Shown here in pieces: positions 41,601 to 56,600 of a DNA stretch of 64,000 bases. The DNA is from Pecten maximus. Its lineage: Eukaryota. The notes below the pieces were generated by a model. That model ran no database searches, was not told the DNA's origin, and worked only from the letters and a program-made list of their open reading frames with translations. The stretch covers positions 8,432,001 through 8,496,000 of the forward strand of contig NC_047018.1 in assembly GCF_902652985.1 (NCBI RefSeq), written 5' to 3'. Position 1 is the stretch's first letter; each line of letters begins with the position of its first letter. A program made the position numbers and the translations under genes.

Positions 41601-44600
41601 TTCGAATTCTTGACCAATCAAAAGACTGGAAGGTCATATACCACTAGTGGTATATAACATATATTTATCCAACAGTCTGCACATTTATACAATGGCTTGA
41701 GAGTGGAATAACACGGCGTATTGTGGTGGTAGAAATCGTTATACAGTGCAACTTCCGAAAACCGAACCTTCTAAAAACCGAACACCTCTGAATACCGAAC
41801 GAATTGTCATTGTACGGAATTGGTCCTTCTTTATTATAGTATTAAAAAACTTCCAAATACCGATCCCTCTGAATTCCGAACACCGGACTGATTTTGTGTC
41901 CAGTTCCTGTTAAAATATACCTAAAATTACTTCTGAAAACCGGCCTTACCTGAGCGATTATGACACGAGTTCAGGCCAGTCATCCGTGAAACAACAACTG
42001 TGACGGGTATTGTGTGAAGCCTTATTGTCTCGGGACCTACGTAGGTGATTTGTACAGGTATCCAATATATACCCCAAGGGGGCATTATGACGGAAGGCCT
42101 AGTGTATAATCAACACGACAATTATGAAACAATGCCACACTTCATTGAAGCGCGTCGGTTCGTTTATCTTCTCAATGCAAGTAGAGCTAGAAGCCTGAGT
42201 TTCGCATCTAATTTAAATGAGGCCCAAAAGGGGTTGTTTTCGTAAAGAAGCCCGTGATGTTTTTTTTTAGACAACAGCGATGTCGGAAATACGACCAGTA
42301 TCATCTGATCAATTGTAATTGATATTGAAACAAAACATCTTCACACCCTTTAATACTATTTGATGTGTAAAATATTCCGTATCGGACTATTGGCCCCATC
42401 CACATGACGAAGCTTCACCGGATGTAACAAAATGTAGGCCGATCGTAAAGTGTAGTTGTACATGTGAAAATAAAACTATTTAAAACTATTGTTATAGTCA
42501 TTTGCCTTTCTTATATATTCTGCTATATATACATTGCTTAACTTTCATAATATGCATATTATTCAGACAATCCAAATTGTCTAAGTATGTACGTGCCGTT
42601 TTGTAATCGGGTGTAAAATATTCCGTATCGGACTATTGGCCCCATCCACATGACGAAGCTTCACCGGATGTAACAAAATGTAGGCCGATCGTAAAGTGTA
42701 GTTGTACATGTGTACTGACCGGTAGGTTTCAGATCATCCTTACAAGGGTTCGCACCTATATTATGTTCCTGTCTTCATAACACACGTTAGAGTAAAATAT
42801 ATCCAAAGATTCCCATTAGCTCCATGATAGAGTAAAAGACATTAAAAATACCCATTAACTCAATGTTAGAGTAAAATACATCAAAAGATTTCCATTAACT
42901 CCATGTTAGAGTAAAATATATCAAAAGATTCCCATTAACTCAATGTTAGAGTAAAATATATCAAAAGATTCCCATTAACTCAATGTTAGAGTAAAATATA
43001 TCAAAGTATTTCCATTAACTCAATGTTAGAGTAAAATACATCAAAAGATTCCCATTAACTCCATGCTTTCTGTTTAGCGATCATTTTGAATGCTGACTTA
43101 TTTCCCTCAATCAGAGAACTGCTAATTCATTTCTGCATAACCGTAAACAATCTTTCAAAAGAAATGTGTACATGTCTTGATCACTATGACAAAGTGTCAA
43201 ACTCATCTTTTCGCTTTAAAGCCAGAGCTATTGTTCTGTTCTTCGTGGATATATTTGAAGAAATCATTCAGAATGTTATAAACACATATGTATTCCAATG
43301 TTTGTCAAAGTACATTAGGTAGAGGATATATATTTTCGGAGTCATGGAAACTTTGTTGTGCTGAAATAGCTATGGAAATAATGAAAATAGAAAGATAGGT
43401 CTTTCTCCATACTATCGTATATTAAGCATTGGCGCAACCGATCATCCACTTTGAGTTTGACCTCAAGCAATACATTATAAAACTCATTGTCTTCTCAACA
43501 TTCCAGGATAAAATGCTCTCGACCTAACTTTAGATACAGTACCAGGGTCCCGTAAAAAATGATTTTTACGACGAAACAATAAAATTCTTTTAAATTTCAA
43601 AATACCTTTCGCTATGGCATTGAAATGTAGTCATCTAAAAAAAACTGCATGCCTTTTAAACTTTCTTGTTGTCTAGGACTATCTGACCTTTTCTTTTTTC
43701 TTTTTTGCGCGCGCATTGCTTAATATGGGAATACCAACCGATCTTTAGTGTTACCGGGGATGGCTTCTTGTCGAGTTGTTTATGGACAATTGCTATCAAA
43801 ATCGAGGTGTTTCATTGGTGATAAAACAACACGATCAGGTATATAGAAATGGCCCAATTCCGAATCCTCAAGGGAACGGCCATTATCGCCTTGGAAACAC
43901 GGCCATGTTAGTGGACCAATCAATAACCTGGGTCTAATTTTCATTTAAGCCTAACTATACACTGTGGTATCATTAATTGCTTCTCTATGGGAATTGAAGA
44001 AGTAGTATGTGCCGCACCATGGAAAAAGCAATAATGGACATCACCTCATGTGCCTGTCTGATGTACATCTAAGATGTCCTAACGGACCTGCCCGCTATTA
44101 AATCTCAGCTTTCCAGGCATATCTGTTCGCAATGTCTATTTTATCTGACTGTCTAACATACATCTAAAACTTCCTAACTGATCTGCTTGATGTGTTTGGT
44201 ATGTTCTGACTATCTGACTGTCTACCATACATCTAAACTTTCCTAGTTGATCTGCTCGCTGTTTGGTATGTTCTGACTATCTGACGGTCTACCATACATC
44301 TAAACTTTCCTAGTTGATCTGCTCGCTGTTTGGTATGTTCTGACTGTATGGCTGTCTACCATACATCTAAACTTTCCTAGTTGATCTGCTCGCTGTTTGG
44401 TATGTTCTGACTGTATGACTGTCTACCATACATCTAAACTTTCCTAGTTGATCTGCTCGCTCTGTTTGGTATGTTCTGACTGTATGGCTGTCTACCATAC
44501 ATCTAAACTTTCCTAGTTGATCTGCTCGCTCTGTTTGGTATGTTCTGACTGTATGGCTGTCTACCATACATCTAAACTTTCCTAGTTGATCTGCTCGCTC

Positions 44601-47600
44601 TGTTTGGTATGTTCTGACTGTATGGCTGTCTACCATACATCTAAACTTCCCTAGCGGGCCTGCTCGCTCTGTTTGGTATGTTCGCCTTGTCTGACTGCCT
44701 ACCATACATCTAAATTCTGTTTGCTATGTTCGATATGTCCATCTCGTCTGCATTTTTTTTCAAACAGCTTAGTTCATCTCGTCTGCCAATTATTCAGCTA
44801 AGCTGCCCTGGTCCACATTCTAGCCGGAACAGCTCTCGCTGTCGCCTAGCATCCATTGGCACTTTCCACATTGATTGACTCAAATCAGATGGAAAACCGT
44901 CTAATCTGATGTAGGCCCCGCTGTTATCTTGTTCTCCAAACCGACTTTGCTTTTTTAAATCATATATCGTGTACGACATTATTCTCTTCCACGCACTCGC
45001 CCATACAGCGTACCTAATTTACCGTACAGGGTTTTCCTGCACAGCGTTTTATTATAGGATTTTAAACAGTACCAATGTGATACTCGACAAATTAATTTCA
45101 CTCATGTTGACCTCATTGCCTGATTATCTTTATTTCTAAAGCTATCTAGACCAAGAAATAAACGGTGCACGTACCTACGTATTAACAGTTATTGAGCAGA
45201 ATGTGTTCTGTTTTGACATAGGAGGCGAGGTAATTTGTAACATAATGATAAATAAATAGGCATATACCTAAGTACTGATAAGCATACATGAATTGTTTGT
45301 TTTCACGAGCCACACGTAAAGTAATACAGGTGTAGTTATATATTTGAAGACGTATTGAAAGTATGCATTTGCACACTCAAACATATGATACTAATGGCGG
45401 AACGCAGCACTGTCTTTTATAAAAGATAAGTTTTAGCCGAGAAAATCAGACAATGAAATTAATCGTCTGAGTTTCTGAAAGCAGCCGCTCGTTTTTAAAT
45501 GGATTCTGCATTACTTTTGCAAATATCTCACGGGTAGAGATTGAATCAAAACGCATTCGAGGTTTTGTCGACTGATACTGTCGGTGTTATCTAATAGAAA
45601 GAAAGGCACCTAATTCAAAAGACACAGTTTTACAATTAGCGTGAACTTAATGAACACAAAATAATTGATATAACGCATACAGAAACATGCATGTACAGAT
45701 CATATATTTAATGCAATTAGCTGGGATCAGCGCATATCTATCCTTGCATTTGCATCTCTTTTACCGGTATACTTGGATTTTATACCACACTTTCTCAATT
45801 ACGTGAAGACAAACTCCAGAGTTTACCTTGATGATACCAATATATGATGGTCGATATGTCTTTTCTTTGTTATGGTGATCTATTGTGTTTTAGTGTACAG
45901 ATCAATGTGATTTAAGATGTCCATCAGATATTGTGGTTTGGACTAAGATAATTAATCTGTCGTTATCTCTTGACAGATCACGGAAAAGTTCAGTGACGTC
46001 GCTCACCGGATGCCCCTCCCCCTTGTAGAGCCTGTAGAAAAGATGATTAATAAAGATCTCCGATACCGCCCGACAGCTCAGCTTTTTTGTTTGGTATATA
46101 TAATATCAACATCAGGGAGTATATCAATGGGTATTTAGACAGCCTGCGCTTGTATGTCATCTATACAATCATGGTAGAGGAGAGAAGTCCTACTTAATTG
46201 ATGAAACAATTTGATTGAATTATTTCCAGTATCATTGTGTTGTAAAATGTAGCCGTTAACCCTAGTCATAGAAATATATTGATCTCAAATATAGGACATC
46301 TCTTCTGTGGGATCTCAAATATAAGACATCTCTTCTGGGGACAGAATAAGCCGTTAACCCTAGTCATAGAAATATATTGATCTCAAATATAAGACATCTC
46401 TTCTGTGGGATCTCAAATATAGGACATCTGTTCTGTGGGATCTCAAATATAAGACATCTCTTCTGTGGGATCTCAAATATAAGACATCTCTTCTGTGGGA
46501 TCTCAAATATAAGACATCTCTTCTGGGGACAGAATAAGCCGTTAAGGAGACTTAAAGGAAGTTTTCTTAGATAAAAACTGTAAAATATGAAAGACAGACG
46601 TTCTGAATTATGAATGAAGTTATTGGAAGTAATCTAAAAATTATAAATAATAATATTTGCATTTTCTTTCATCAGTGTATATTTATACAGAATCATTATA
46701 TATCTAGGTATTGTAGCTTTCAGCTTGAAACGTCGGTTAACTGTTGGCAATTCTGTATTGTAGAAATAAATAAAAAAAAATACGCAACATTCGACTTTTA
46801 GCTCAAACATATTGAAAATCAATTATCTTTATATTATATCGATTTCAAACACAAGCCATGAAATCCTTACTGAAAAATATAAAGCATGGCTTATTTTCAA
46901 GATTCCAAGATAGATATATTGTGTGGTTAAACAAAACAACTGACTTTGATTATAAGTAACTATGATTTGTTTTACAGTTAAAATATTTCAACGATCCCAT
47001 CCTTAGAAGTTTACAACAGTTAGATAATATAGATATAATGGATTATTGCCAGAGAGCTGAAGTGTACGCGTTTATAGCACAAGTCATCCCCAGTATACCG
47101 AAAGTAAGTGAAAACCAACACGCGTGTTCTCTTTGATTGGCTTTTATCTTGTTTCTTCATGGTAGCATCAATTTTCAACATCTCTTTAAAGTAGGTCATA
47201 GCAAATGAATAATCTTAATATGGTTTTGTTTAATTTTGCATTGCTTAACTTCCTATCATCATTTATGGCCATTTAAGGACGGCCTTCCTTGTGTACGAGC
47301 TCCATGAGTGTGGCGAATGTGTTTGTGTTTTGGTAGGTTGCAAGGTATTTGTGTTTGTCTTCTTGTGACAGTGCTAAACTGCTTTATAGAACTACATAAC
47401 TAAAGCATACTGCCAAAGATACCTTGCAGGACACCCCAACCGGTCATATTATACTGCCAAAGAATGAACCAGTCGTCCTCCTCCCAAACTACTAAACTTT
47501 AAGTAGGATTAGTAATTGCCATTTTTATAGACTCTGGTTATCTCGACCAGGGGACAGTGTAAGCACGTGTTGCGATGTTACAACTATTATTCACAATAAT

Positions 47601-50600
47601 TAATAAACAATATCCTGTTTTCTTTGTTTAGAAAATATTATATCGCCATGTCTTCCCCGCCCTTTGCCTTGAATGCTCAACAGCCGACACAATCACCAGT
47701 GCATTATCTCCCCTGCTAACCCTTATCGACTACGCCACACGGGAGGAATACGTGGAGAAGATCCTGCCCTTTTTCAGACTCATCATGAACTCGCCTAAAC
47801 CAGTTCAGGTATGCTACCGAAGTGATATGGTCCGGGAAACTGTTCTGGTTTGCATTAAGGAATTGAATACTTTTCAATACTAAGGATTGCAAGAGACAAT
47901 AATGCGAACATCGCCTTGAATGGGAATTTAGCAATAGTTAGAAATAATTCAACTTAAACTATTTCACTTTTTTTAAGAATAATGCAGACTTGTAGTGTGT
48001 GTTTTGTTATGATAGCATATTTTCCTGTCGAAGAAGGCAGCGTTCACTGCTATAAAATGCAGTGAAATAAGTAAATGATTTTTGTGGAGGTGATTATAAA
48101 TTCTACAAAGATAGAAAAAAATATTTAGTTTCTGATCCATTTAGATTGTATACCAGGTGCTATGTAATGACATTTAGCTCTCTGGTGTTAGGCGACAGTG
48201 TACATACTAGACAAACTGGACACGGTGCTGATGAAAAGTCCAGCGGATGAAATACGGTCAGAGGTTTTACCATTCGTCTTCAACAGCTTGGAGTCCAACT
48301 CATTACAGGCACAGGTATAGTAGGTCGTCTTTGTATTGTGTTTAAGCGTTGTGTGTTTTGTTATATATATATATCTATGGTAGTACCCGAGGAAACTGCG
48401 GAATGTACACTGTTTCCTACTGAGGATTTATTAATTTCAATGCCACTTTTATAAGTCACATTATCTATTAATTGATAAAGAATCATTGAAAGGTCATTTA
48501 TGTCAAATTAAATTCCCCCGAATAATCTAAAACCAAAGTACACTTGAAGACAAATAAAACCAATATGCGTATTGTGCCTTGCTATCAATAAAAAAGGTTG
48601 AACAGTCACAGAATGTAAGGTCTTGCGTCCGTAGGTTTCCGATAAGAGTGAGTCGCTATATATGTATTTAGCAAATTCCTGACGAAGAGAAGATGTCACA
48701 CATGTTTATTTACCTTTATTTTTTAACAAAGAGACACATTTGACACAGCAAAGTAAACCGTTCTACACTAGATGACGACTCTGTCCTTCATAGGATGGTC
48801 ATTGACGCATTCACAACAATACATAATATAATTTGATTTTGTTATACAGACAAATACGCCAACAAAAAGTATAATATACATTTACACAGACAAAGTTAAT
48901 CTGGTCAACGCATGCCAGGTAATAGTTGGTCTCTTCATTGAGTCCAATTCGAGTTGAAATTGAAATATATTGTTAAAAATATAGAGAGAATAAATTCCAT
49001 TTCCACTGAGGTTTTTAAATTGGAAACAAGGTCACTGGAACGGAATTTAATTCGGTTGAAAAATCAATTAAGTCATTGTCATGGTAACCTATATAACGTC
49101 ATGTAGTTTGTAGTTCTGTCATTGGAGTTTAATCTGTACTTTATAATCGTTTTGAAGGTCACGTGCTTAGTATATATAATACGCTCACAGAAATCCTTTA
49201 ACATGGTGTGTTGTGTGATGAAAGGTTAACAAAAACAGGTTATATCGCATCGTCTAATTTAACTGAAATTGAATATACTCATAATCATTCATTAGACAGG
49301 TTTATGTTTCAACATTTCAAGTGTATTTTGTATGTAACGTTTACTGTATTGGACTTTTATTGTCATTAAAGGAGGCAGCTCTAAATGCAATTGGTATTAT
49401 CAAAGAATACTTAGACGATAGTGTGATGAGAAATATGGTGCTACCTCGGGCAAAAGCTCTCTACCACAAAGGAAGCAATGTGAGGGTAAGTGTATTACAT
49501 CCCGTGGTATATTGTGGAAACGTACTAATATAATAAAGCATGTCATCAGCCTATGTTCAGGAACAATTAGCGTTTACAGTATTGATTATGCATGCACTAC
49601 ATGTATTTGTTTTGATGTCGTTTTCCTGTTTTACTGTTTTGGCAGGTGCGACTGAATGCGTTGTCTTGCATAGACTACTTGCTTGATAGCCTGAACAAGA
49701 TGATAATACTGGACGAGGTGTTACCCTTCCTGACTGATATCACAGGTCATGACCCGGATATCGTGATGGCAGTGGTCGGTCAGTATCCAGGGTACCATTG
49801 GCCGGTTTTTTTTGTTTTTGTTTTTTTAGGCGTTTGTTTTGTTTTGTATGTTTAGGGGTTTAATGTTCTCGCCTCAGCCAGGGTCTTATGAGGACGGACA
49901 TCAAGGGGACAGAGTAAGAAAACAAAGCAAACATAGACATAGAAGTGAGGAAACGTTTTGCTTGTCGCTACTATTTTGAAAGTAGAAGTTGAGGAAATAA
50001 TTGTATGATAGGTGTTTACGTTGGTTCAGGGTTAAATACAAATGGGAATTATTTCGTCCTTATATGGATAAAACCTCAGAGTTTTCTAACAAAGACCTTA
50101 ATAAGGCTGATGGACAAATGGTTTCAATTGCACAGAGGATATGCGCGTACAGGCATACAATATCGTGCGTATATTGTTATCCTTAGTTTCTTCATAATTA
50201 GCTTATTGCATAGCGAATCTTGCTTCGCCTATTAGTCCGTCGGTAATGAATTACTTCGAGAGAAAATAAAGTTGGGTTTTTTTCTTGCAGGTATTTATAA
50301 GCACATGTTAAGTGACAAAAAATTTGGCCTCACCCATAATCTAATAGCGACAAAGGTGATGCCTCCCCTCATTCCGCATACCGTAAACCCTGGCCTTAGT
50401 ATGGAAAAGGTAAGAACACTAGTTCTCTGATTGACATTCTAATTACCAAACATACGTGTTGATTTACGGCTTGCTTCTAATTTGTTTCAATTGATTTCAT
50501 TGGCTTCTATTTGGCAGTAGCACACTTGTTATTAAACACCGACCTCACGTAATTGCATATTCCATGATTTGCGATGCCAGTTATTCCGTTAATTTATCAT

Positions 50601-53600
50601 TTATATTATTTTGATCGTTCGTTTTACGTTTTATATATATTTTGTAACATTTGCATTGCAAGCTCCTTATGAACTCTATCAGAAGAATTGGTATCTATAG
50701 GCATTAAACATAATAGAATTAGCACCATTTTACTAAATCAATTACCGTCTTGTATAATGAATGACTTGTACTATGATAACGTTAGACAAATCTATGATTG
50801 TGTTCACTAATAACTGCATATTATCTCAGTATGTGACTTTAGCGCACACTTTCAGCATCCGTAGTGGTGTTATCATGAACAAAGGGAAACAATTCATGAA
50901 AAGTCATAGATAACGGATTGATTACAATTTCCTTTTGTTCCTGGTATCGCACTGAATGCTTAAAAACCATAACGTTTGCAGATGATGTACGTTATATATA
51001 GTATGACAGATGTCTCATCATTACATTGATATATGATGTACGTAAGGTCATGTCAAATGTCTCATCATTACATTGATATATGATGTACGTAAGGTCATGA
51101 CAAATATCTCATTATACATTGATATATGATGTACGTAAGGTCATGACAAATGTCTCATCATTACATTAATGTATGATATACGTAAGGTCATGTCAAATGT
51201 CTCATTATACATTGATATATGATATACGTAAGGTCATGACAAATGTCTCATCATTACAATGATATATGATGTAAGTAAGGTCATATAAAATGTCCCATCA
51301 TTACATGTATATATGATGTACGTAAGGCCATGTCACACCGTTACAGTTCAGTGCACTAATGGAAGTTCTCAGAGAGATGCTGGAGCAGATTGACAGAAAA
51401 CGTCGCAATAAGATGCAGGAAGAGACTTCGGCTGTACCACTTCCAAAAAGGTAGGCACATTGTCCCGGACACTTCATAACTAAGAGAGGTGTGAAATGCA
51501 ATGGCCATTTAAGTTTAACTTACCCGTTATCTGGGTAACAGATCAATAAAGATATCACCGTGACATGATGCTATAACGTAGTATACACTATACATATTGA
51601 TAAGTGCAAGCGGACATTGTTATTTTATCACGTCATAGAATGTAGAGTAAGGAGAAGGAACATACAGATAATTGGTTATATTTGATATTCACCGGGAACG
51701 TCCAGATTTGTATACAATAAATAGTATGTTTAGAATATACTAGTATTATGCATAAAGTTCATACAGACTCGTAATCATTCACTGCCTGTAAGTATTCCTA
51801 ATCAATACACATTTCTTTGCCTTCATAAAGATTGGTTTATCATTTCTATACAAATGAAGTATGAACTGCAACATAAAATGTACAATACCAGATTCGAATG
51901 ATTAGAATATCTGTTTTCGGTTGGTCGTTCGATAATAAGGACGGTTGGTCCTACGATGATAAAAACAAACAGGCATATTAATAAAAACTCCACATGTCGT
52001 CCACAGTACAAAAATAACAAGTTATAAGGCACTCCCGCTCTTTCACAATCACTTTATTTTTCTTTATTTCACTACTTTTACGAATGGGCCTGTATACAAT
52101 CCTCCTTGTCTGACATTGACCATGTTTCATTTTGGATGCTTGCGATAATGAAGGGGGTCAATATGCATGCCACTGGTTGACGGTAAGACTAAGGACGAAA
52201 AATCGAGCACGTCAACTTCATCTCGAATCTTTTTGACTGTTGAAAATAGTGGAATGTCAAAAAGTCGCACAGGTAAAGCTTCCAATCTTTTTTTTTTTTA
52301 ATTATTGATACAAGTTTAATCCAGCATCTGCTGTTTCACGTTGTACATTGCTGAACCTTCATCTAGCCCTTGCTGTCATTTAGCCTCATCCTATCCTCTC
52401 ATTATCCATTTTTATTGTAAATCTGTGCTGAAAGAAGAACACGAACAGCAATCATCAACTGGTAAAAAGTATAACAGTATAATCTACTGTTTTAAAGTAT
52501 CAGGAAGGACGTTGCATGATGCATGCCACCAATGGTATCGACTTCTACATTGTATTAATCGAATGCTGAAAACTGTAATCGAATTTGTACCTATTTACCT
52601 TTTGCCATTTTCGCTTAGCTAAGCTATACCATGCTATAAACTATGTATTCGCAATCCTGTCATCCTCATCTTCGGATTAATAAATATATCATATTTTTAT
52701 AAAAACTTATGTACAATTTGACATGTTAACATTTCTGTTTTGGGGAAGTACACAATAGCTAAAGATGTATGTTCCTGCAAAATGTTGTCATTCTTCATCG
52801 GTAGAGCAATCTCTGTCCAAGTTGTCCCTGATTGGTCTCGACAGATCACGTGAACAATTAGCCGCTCTGACGTCCGCAGGTAAACAGTATATAGTCCCTG
52901 ATTGAACGTCTACCCACTGCTAATTTCGCTATCAGCTCCACTCAGCTTCGAATGTTGCATGGATGTGTGATCAATAAGCTTACTCCTTTCTTCAAATACA
53001 CATAATTACACTCTTCCACCGTATCATTACAACACATTTTAACACAAACAATGTGTCGCTATATTTGTGTAATCTTTCTTTTTAAAGAATTGTAACGGCA
53101 CTTTTAAAAAGGAGACGGTAATTCCGTTACTTTGATGGAATGTTTATTTTTTTTTCTATTTTGTGGAAAGTGTGATACTTATTTTGATAGAAGCACTGAT
53201 CACAAAGAGGTTGCATGTACACTATACACTACACGAAGCATGCATGTTCGTGTATGTTTCTTAATAAACCATAGTTATTGTATCGTGAAAAGTGCACAGC
53301 AGTAACATATTACCATATTTCAAATTATTACACTAACATACTTATTGTATTAATTTAGGTATACTTATTATATAATGACAACTTACAACCATAAAGCTCG
53401 TTAATCACGTCTTTACTGCTATACATTTTAGTTTCAGTAAGTGAATTTAACAGCGAACAGACTAATTACTAAGTAGAAGTTGCTCAATGGAACTTTGATG
53501 TATTTTAATATTACATTTAAATGTGTTAAATTGTGTCAGTTTGATTTCTAAGCATTCGCCGCTTCTGGCATGTACACAGAAATGTTTCTGACAAATATTT

Positions 53601-56600
53601 TCAAATTTTCAGCTCCAAGCAGTCCTGATATGCAGCATGTAAAAGTAAGTTTGCCATTATATGACAGAAAACCAATGGTTATAATAGGTATTGCCATACA
53701 CATGAGCATATGCTTCTCCATTTAGAAGACAGATACATTCAGAAACAATAATCACCAGGCTAGACATATAACAGTCTAAACCATAGAAGAAATAAACAAT
53801 TTGAGGGATCACACAGCTTAAAGTCATATTTCGAATCGATGGCGTTAAAAACGCTCTATTGATGTTGAAACAAAATAGTATAAAGATATATTAGTCTACT
53901 ACTACTATACATACAAGGTGTAACACTCGAAAAACCGGAAGTGGGGGGTGAGCTTCGATTCACTTTAAATTTCAGTTCAATCCGATTAAAATATCAAATG
54001 CACGTAAACTTCAGTAACGTATCTTGGTTTAGAATCCTTAAACATCAATGCATGCTATTCTCTTGTATGACAATGACTTAAAGATGAGAAGGTGGATTAA
54101 AAGCGATCGTGACAGCCGATAGCATCGACTGTGGAACGAAAGTAGTCTGTATATTTTAGATTGGCCTGCAGGGATGTAATCTGATTGGTCGACAACTGTA
54201 TAAACAAGATTAATTATAATTGTCGACCAATCTAGTCTACTTCCGTTTCACAAACGAAGAATTGTAGATCTTCAAGTGTTACATCTTGTTGATATAGTAT
54301 GAGCAGGGTCTAATTTTATGTTATTAATACTAACCAGAAGCAGACGCCAGTGGTACAACTGTAAAATATATATATATTTAATTTGTTTCATTTTTGCCAA
54401 GTTTGTTTTACATAATATCAAAAAAAAGTACAGGGACAGATAAATAATAGGCTGCATCTTTTTGATATACTACAACACTACCACTCATAATATTTCGACA
54501 ATCAATTCCAGGCTGTTTAGGCAAGGCAAGTTATCAGTTCCTTATGCAACCTATGTTGGTATAATGATGATTTTATGAGATTGATAGTTGCAGCATGATG
54601 ATAATTATGTGATGATGATATGATGATGGTGGTGATTATTGCCATGATGATGATGATGATGATGATGATAATGTTTGACATGATTGGGACGATGATGATT
54701 ATATAGCTTGGTACCGTTGTAACTGTAAAATATTTTGTTTCTTGGTCCTTAAAACCCTAGTTGAATCTTAGGCAAGGTCTTGGAATTACATTCTTTAAGA
54801 CTATCTTAAAATAGCAGTGCTAGGATTAATGTTGATAATTGTATTGTGTATTAGGTTTGCCTATCCAGATGTTAGTGCTGCATATACATTATTTTATATT
54901 TTCTAGTTACTAATGACACTGTTTCACAATATATGTATTTTCTAGTATGTATTATTTTTAAACGATACTGAATTCAAACATCCAATTTATACAGCAAATA
55001 TTCGTAATATTGTGTACACAATGTATATAGAAACAACAGTTAGCCAATCACATTCGTCAGAGCAGTTAAATCTTACTGTTAAAAGTGTAGGTTTACTGTA
55101 GACTTCCTGTGAAAACCTGGAATGAGGCCATTAGATGTGTTTTAATTACTGATGTTTTCAATCGATTACAGGACGATAAATTGTCCCTCAATCCGGAAAA
55201 AGAAAACCAGCGCCGGTTCAGTTTGATCCCGCCAGCAGGAGGGACACCAGGAATCAGCCTCATCTCGGACGAAAGTCCCTGCTCGGATCGGCCACGACGT
55301 CCGAGTACACAGAGCCTCGGACAGTTTACACTACCTGTAAGTTGGTTTGGAGAGTATCGCCGTGGGTCTTCTGACTCCTCCCGGAGATCCTCCACTGAAA
55401 AACCGCGCCGTCCCAGCACTCATAGTGTTGGCATTTTACCGATTAGTATGTTCGGCGAGGGTGGGGAGAAGCCCCGCAAAACGAGCACACATAGTCTTGG
55501 AATATTTCCCCTAGGCGGTTTTGACGACGATCCTTATGGTTATACTGACCCCCGACAGCGCCGAACAAGTGCTGGTCCCTTCATCACGCCCGTAAGTTGG
55601 ACACGCTTGCCTGACCATGCAACGTCTATTTTACCCTGGCATCTTTGCAGTGTTCATTATTCACGTGTTTCGCCTTTATATCAAAATTTTCAGATAATTT
55701 CCTGGAATGACTAGTGTTTCTCCCACGGTAACCCATACCCCAATGTAAAAACTCCTATAACCAATTTGGTGTTTCTTTATATCTCAAAGTATATCTTACA
55801 TATATATAACATTTATATATCTATATATCACCCCTCCCCCGCATTTTCCCAGAACATAGACATGTTGTGTACCTCTAATATATCCATAGTTGTGGTCGAA
55901 CCCGGTGTTTACCATAAAATTGTATCTGAATTTTTAATAAACACGTGTGCGGAAAGTCATCTATTCACACATACAACATTTTTGTTACCCAGAAATGAAA
56001 AAACCAGGTTCACGTGAATCTTGTTTATTGGTAAAATGGGTTCGACTGTGAGTCTTAAATATCTTTACATACCGATTTAGATTATATCAAGCATGTGTTG
56101 TTGATGTCCTACAGTCGACATGCAATACCTGTAGGTAATAGTGCCTTGTAACTTCAACAAAACTATTTTTGGTTTATCTGTACACAGCTGATATAATCGG
56201 AATATAATTTGGTTTAACTCTCCATGCACGGATTAATAGGTGGACTATTGAAGAACTAGTAAGGTGTTGTTTAAACTGTTAGGGTTGAGCTACGATAAAG
56301 GAAACTTATATAAAGACTCTGAAAAAGACATCTACTCAGAGGTAGCTTTCAGCAACCACCTGGTTGTGTTCTTCAGCCCTTACAGTGGTCACGTGGTCAT
56401 GCGGCTGATTCAGACACTACATGCTTGTGGACGATACTGTTGTTGTTGCCTATAATTTCCTTTATAGAAGCTATGTAATTATTAACACCTCAAGTAATCA
56501 CCATAATGTATATGATGGCAAAATATGTCCAATACATGGACGATAATATATATAGGGATGATACGCTTTGTTTCTGATATAAGGATGGTAGTTTTATCAT

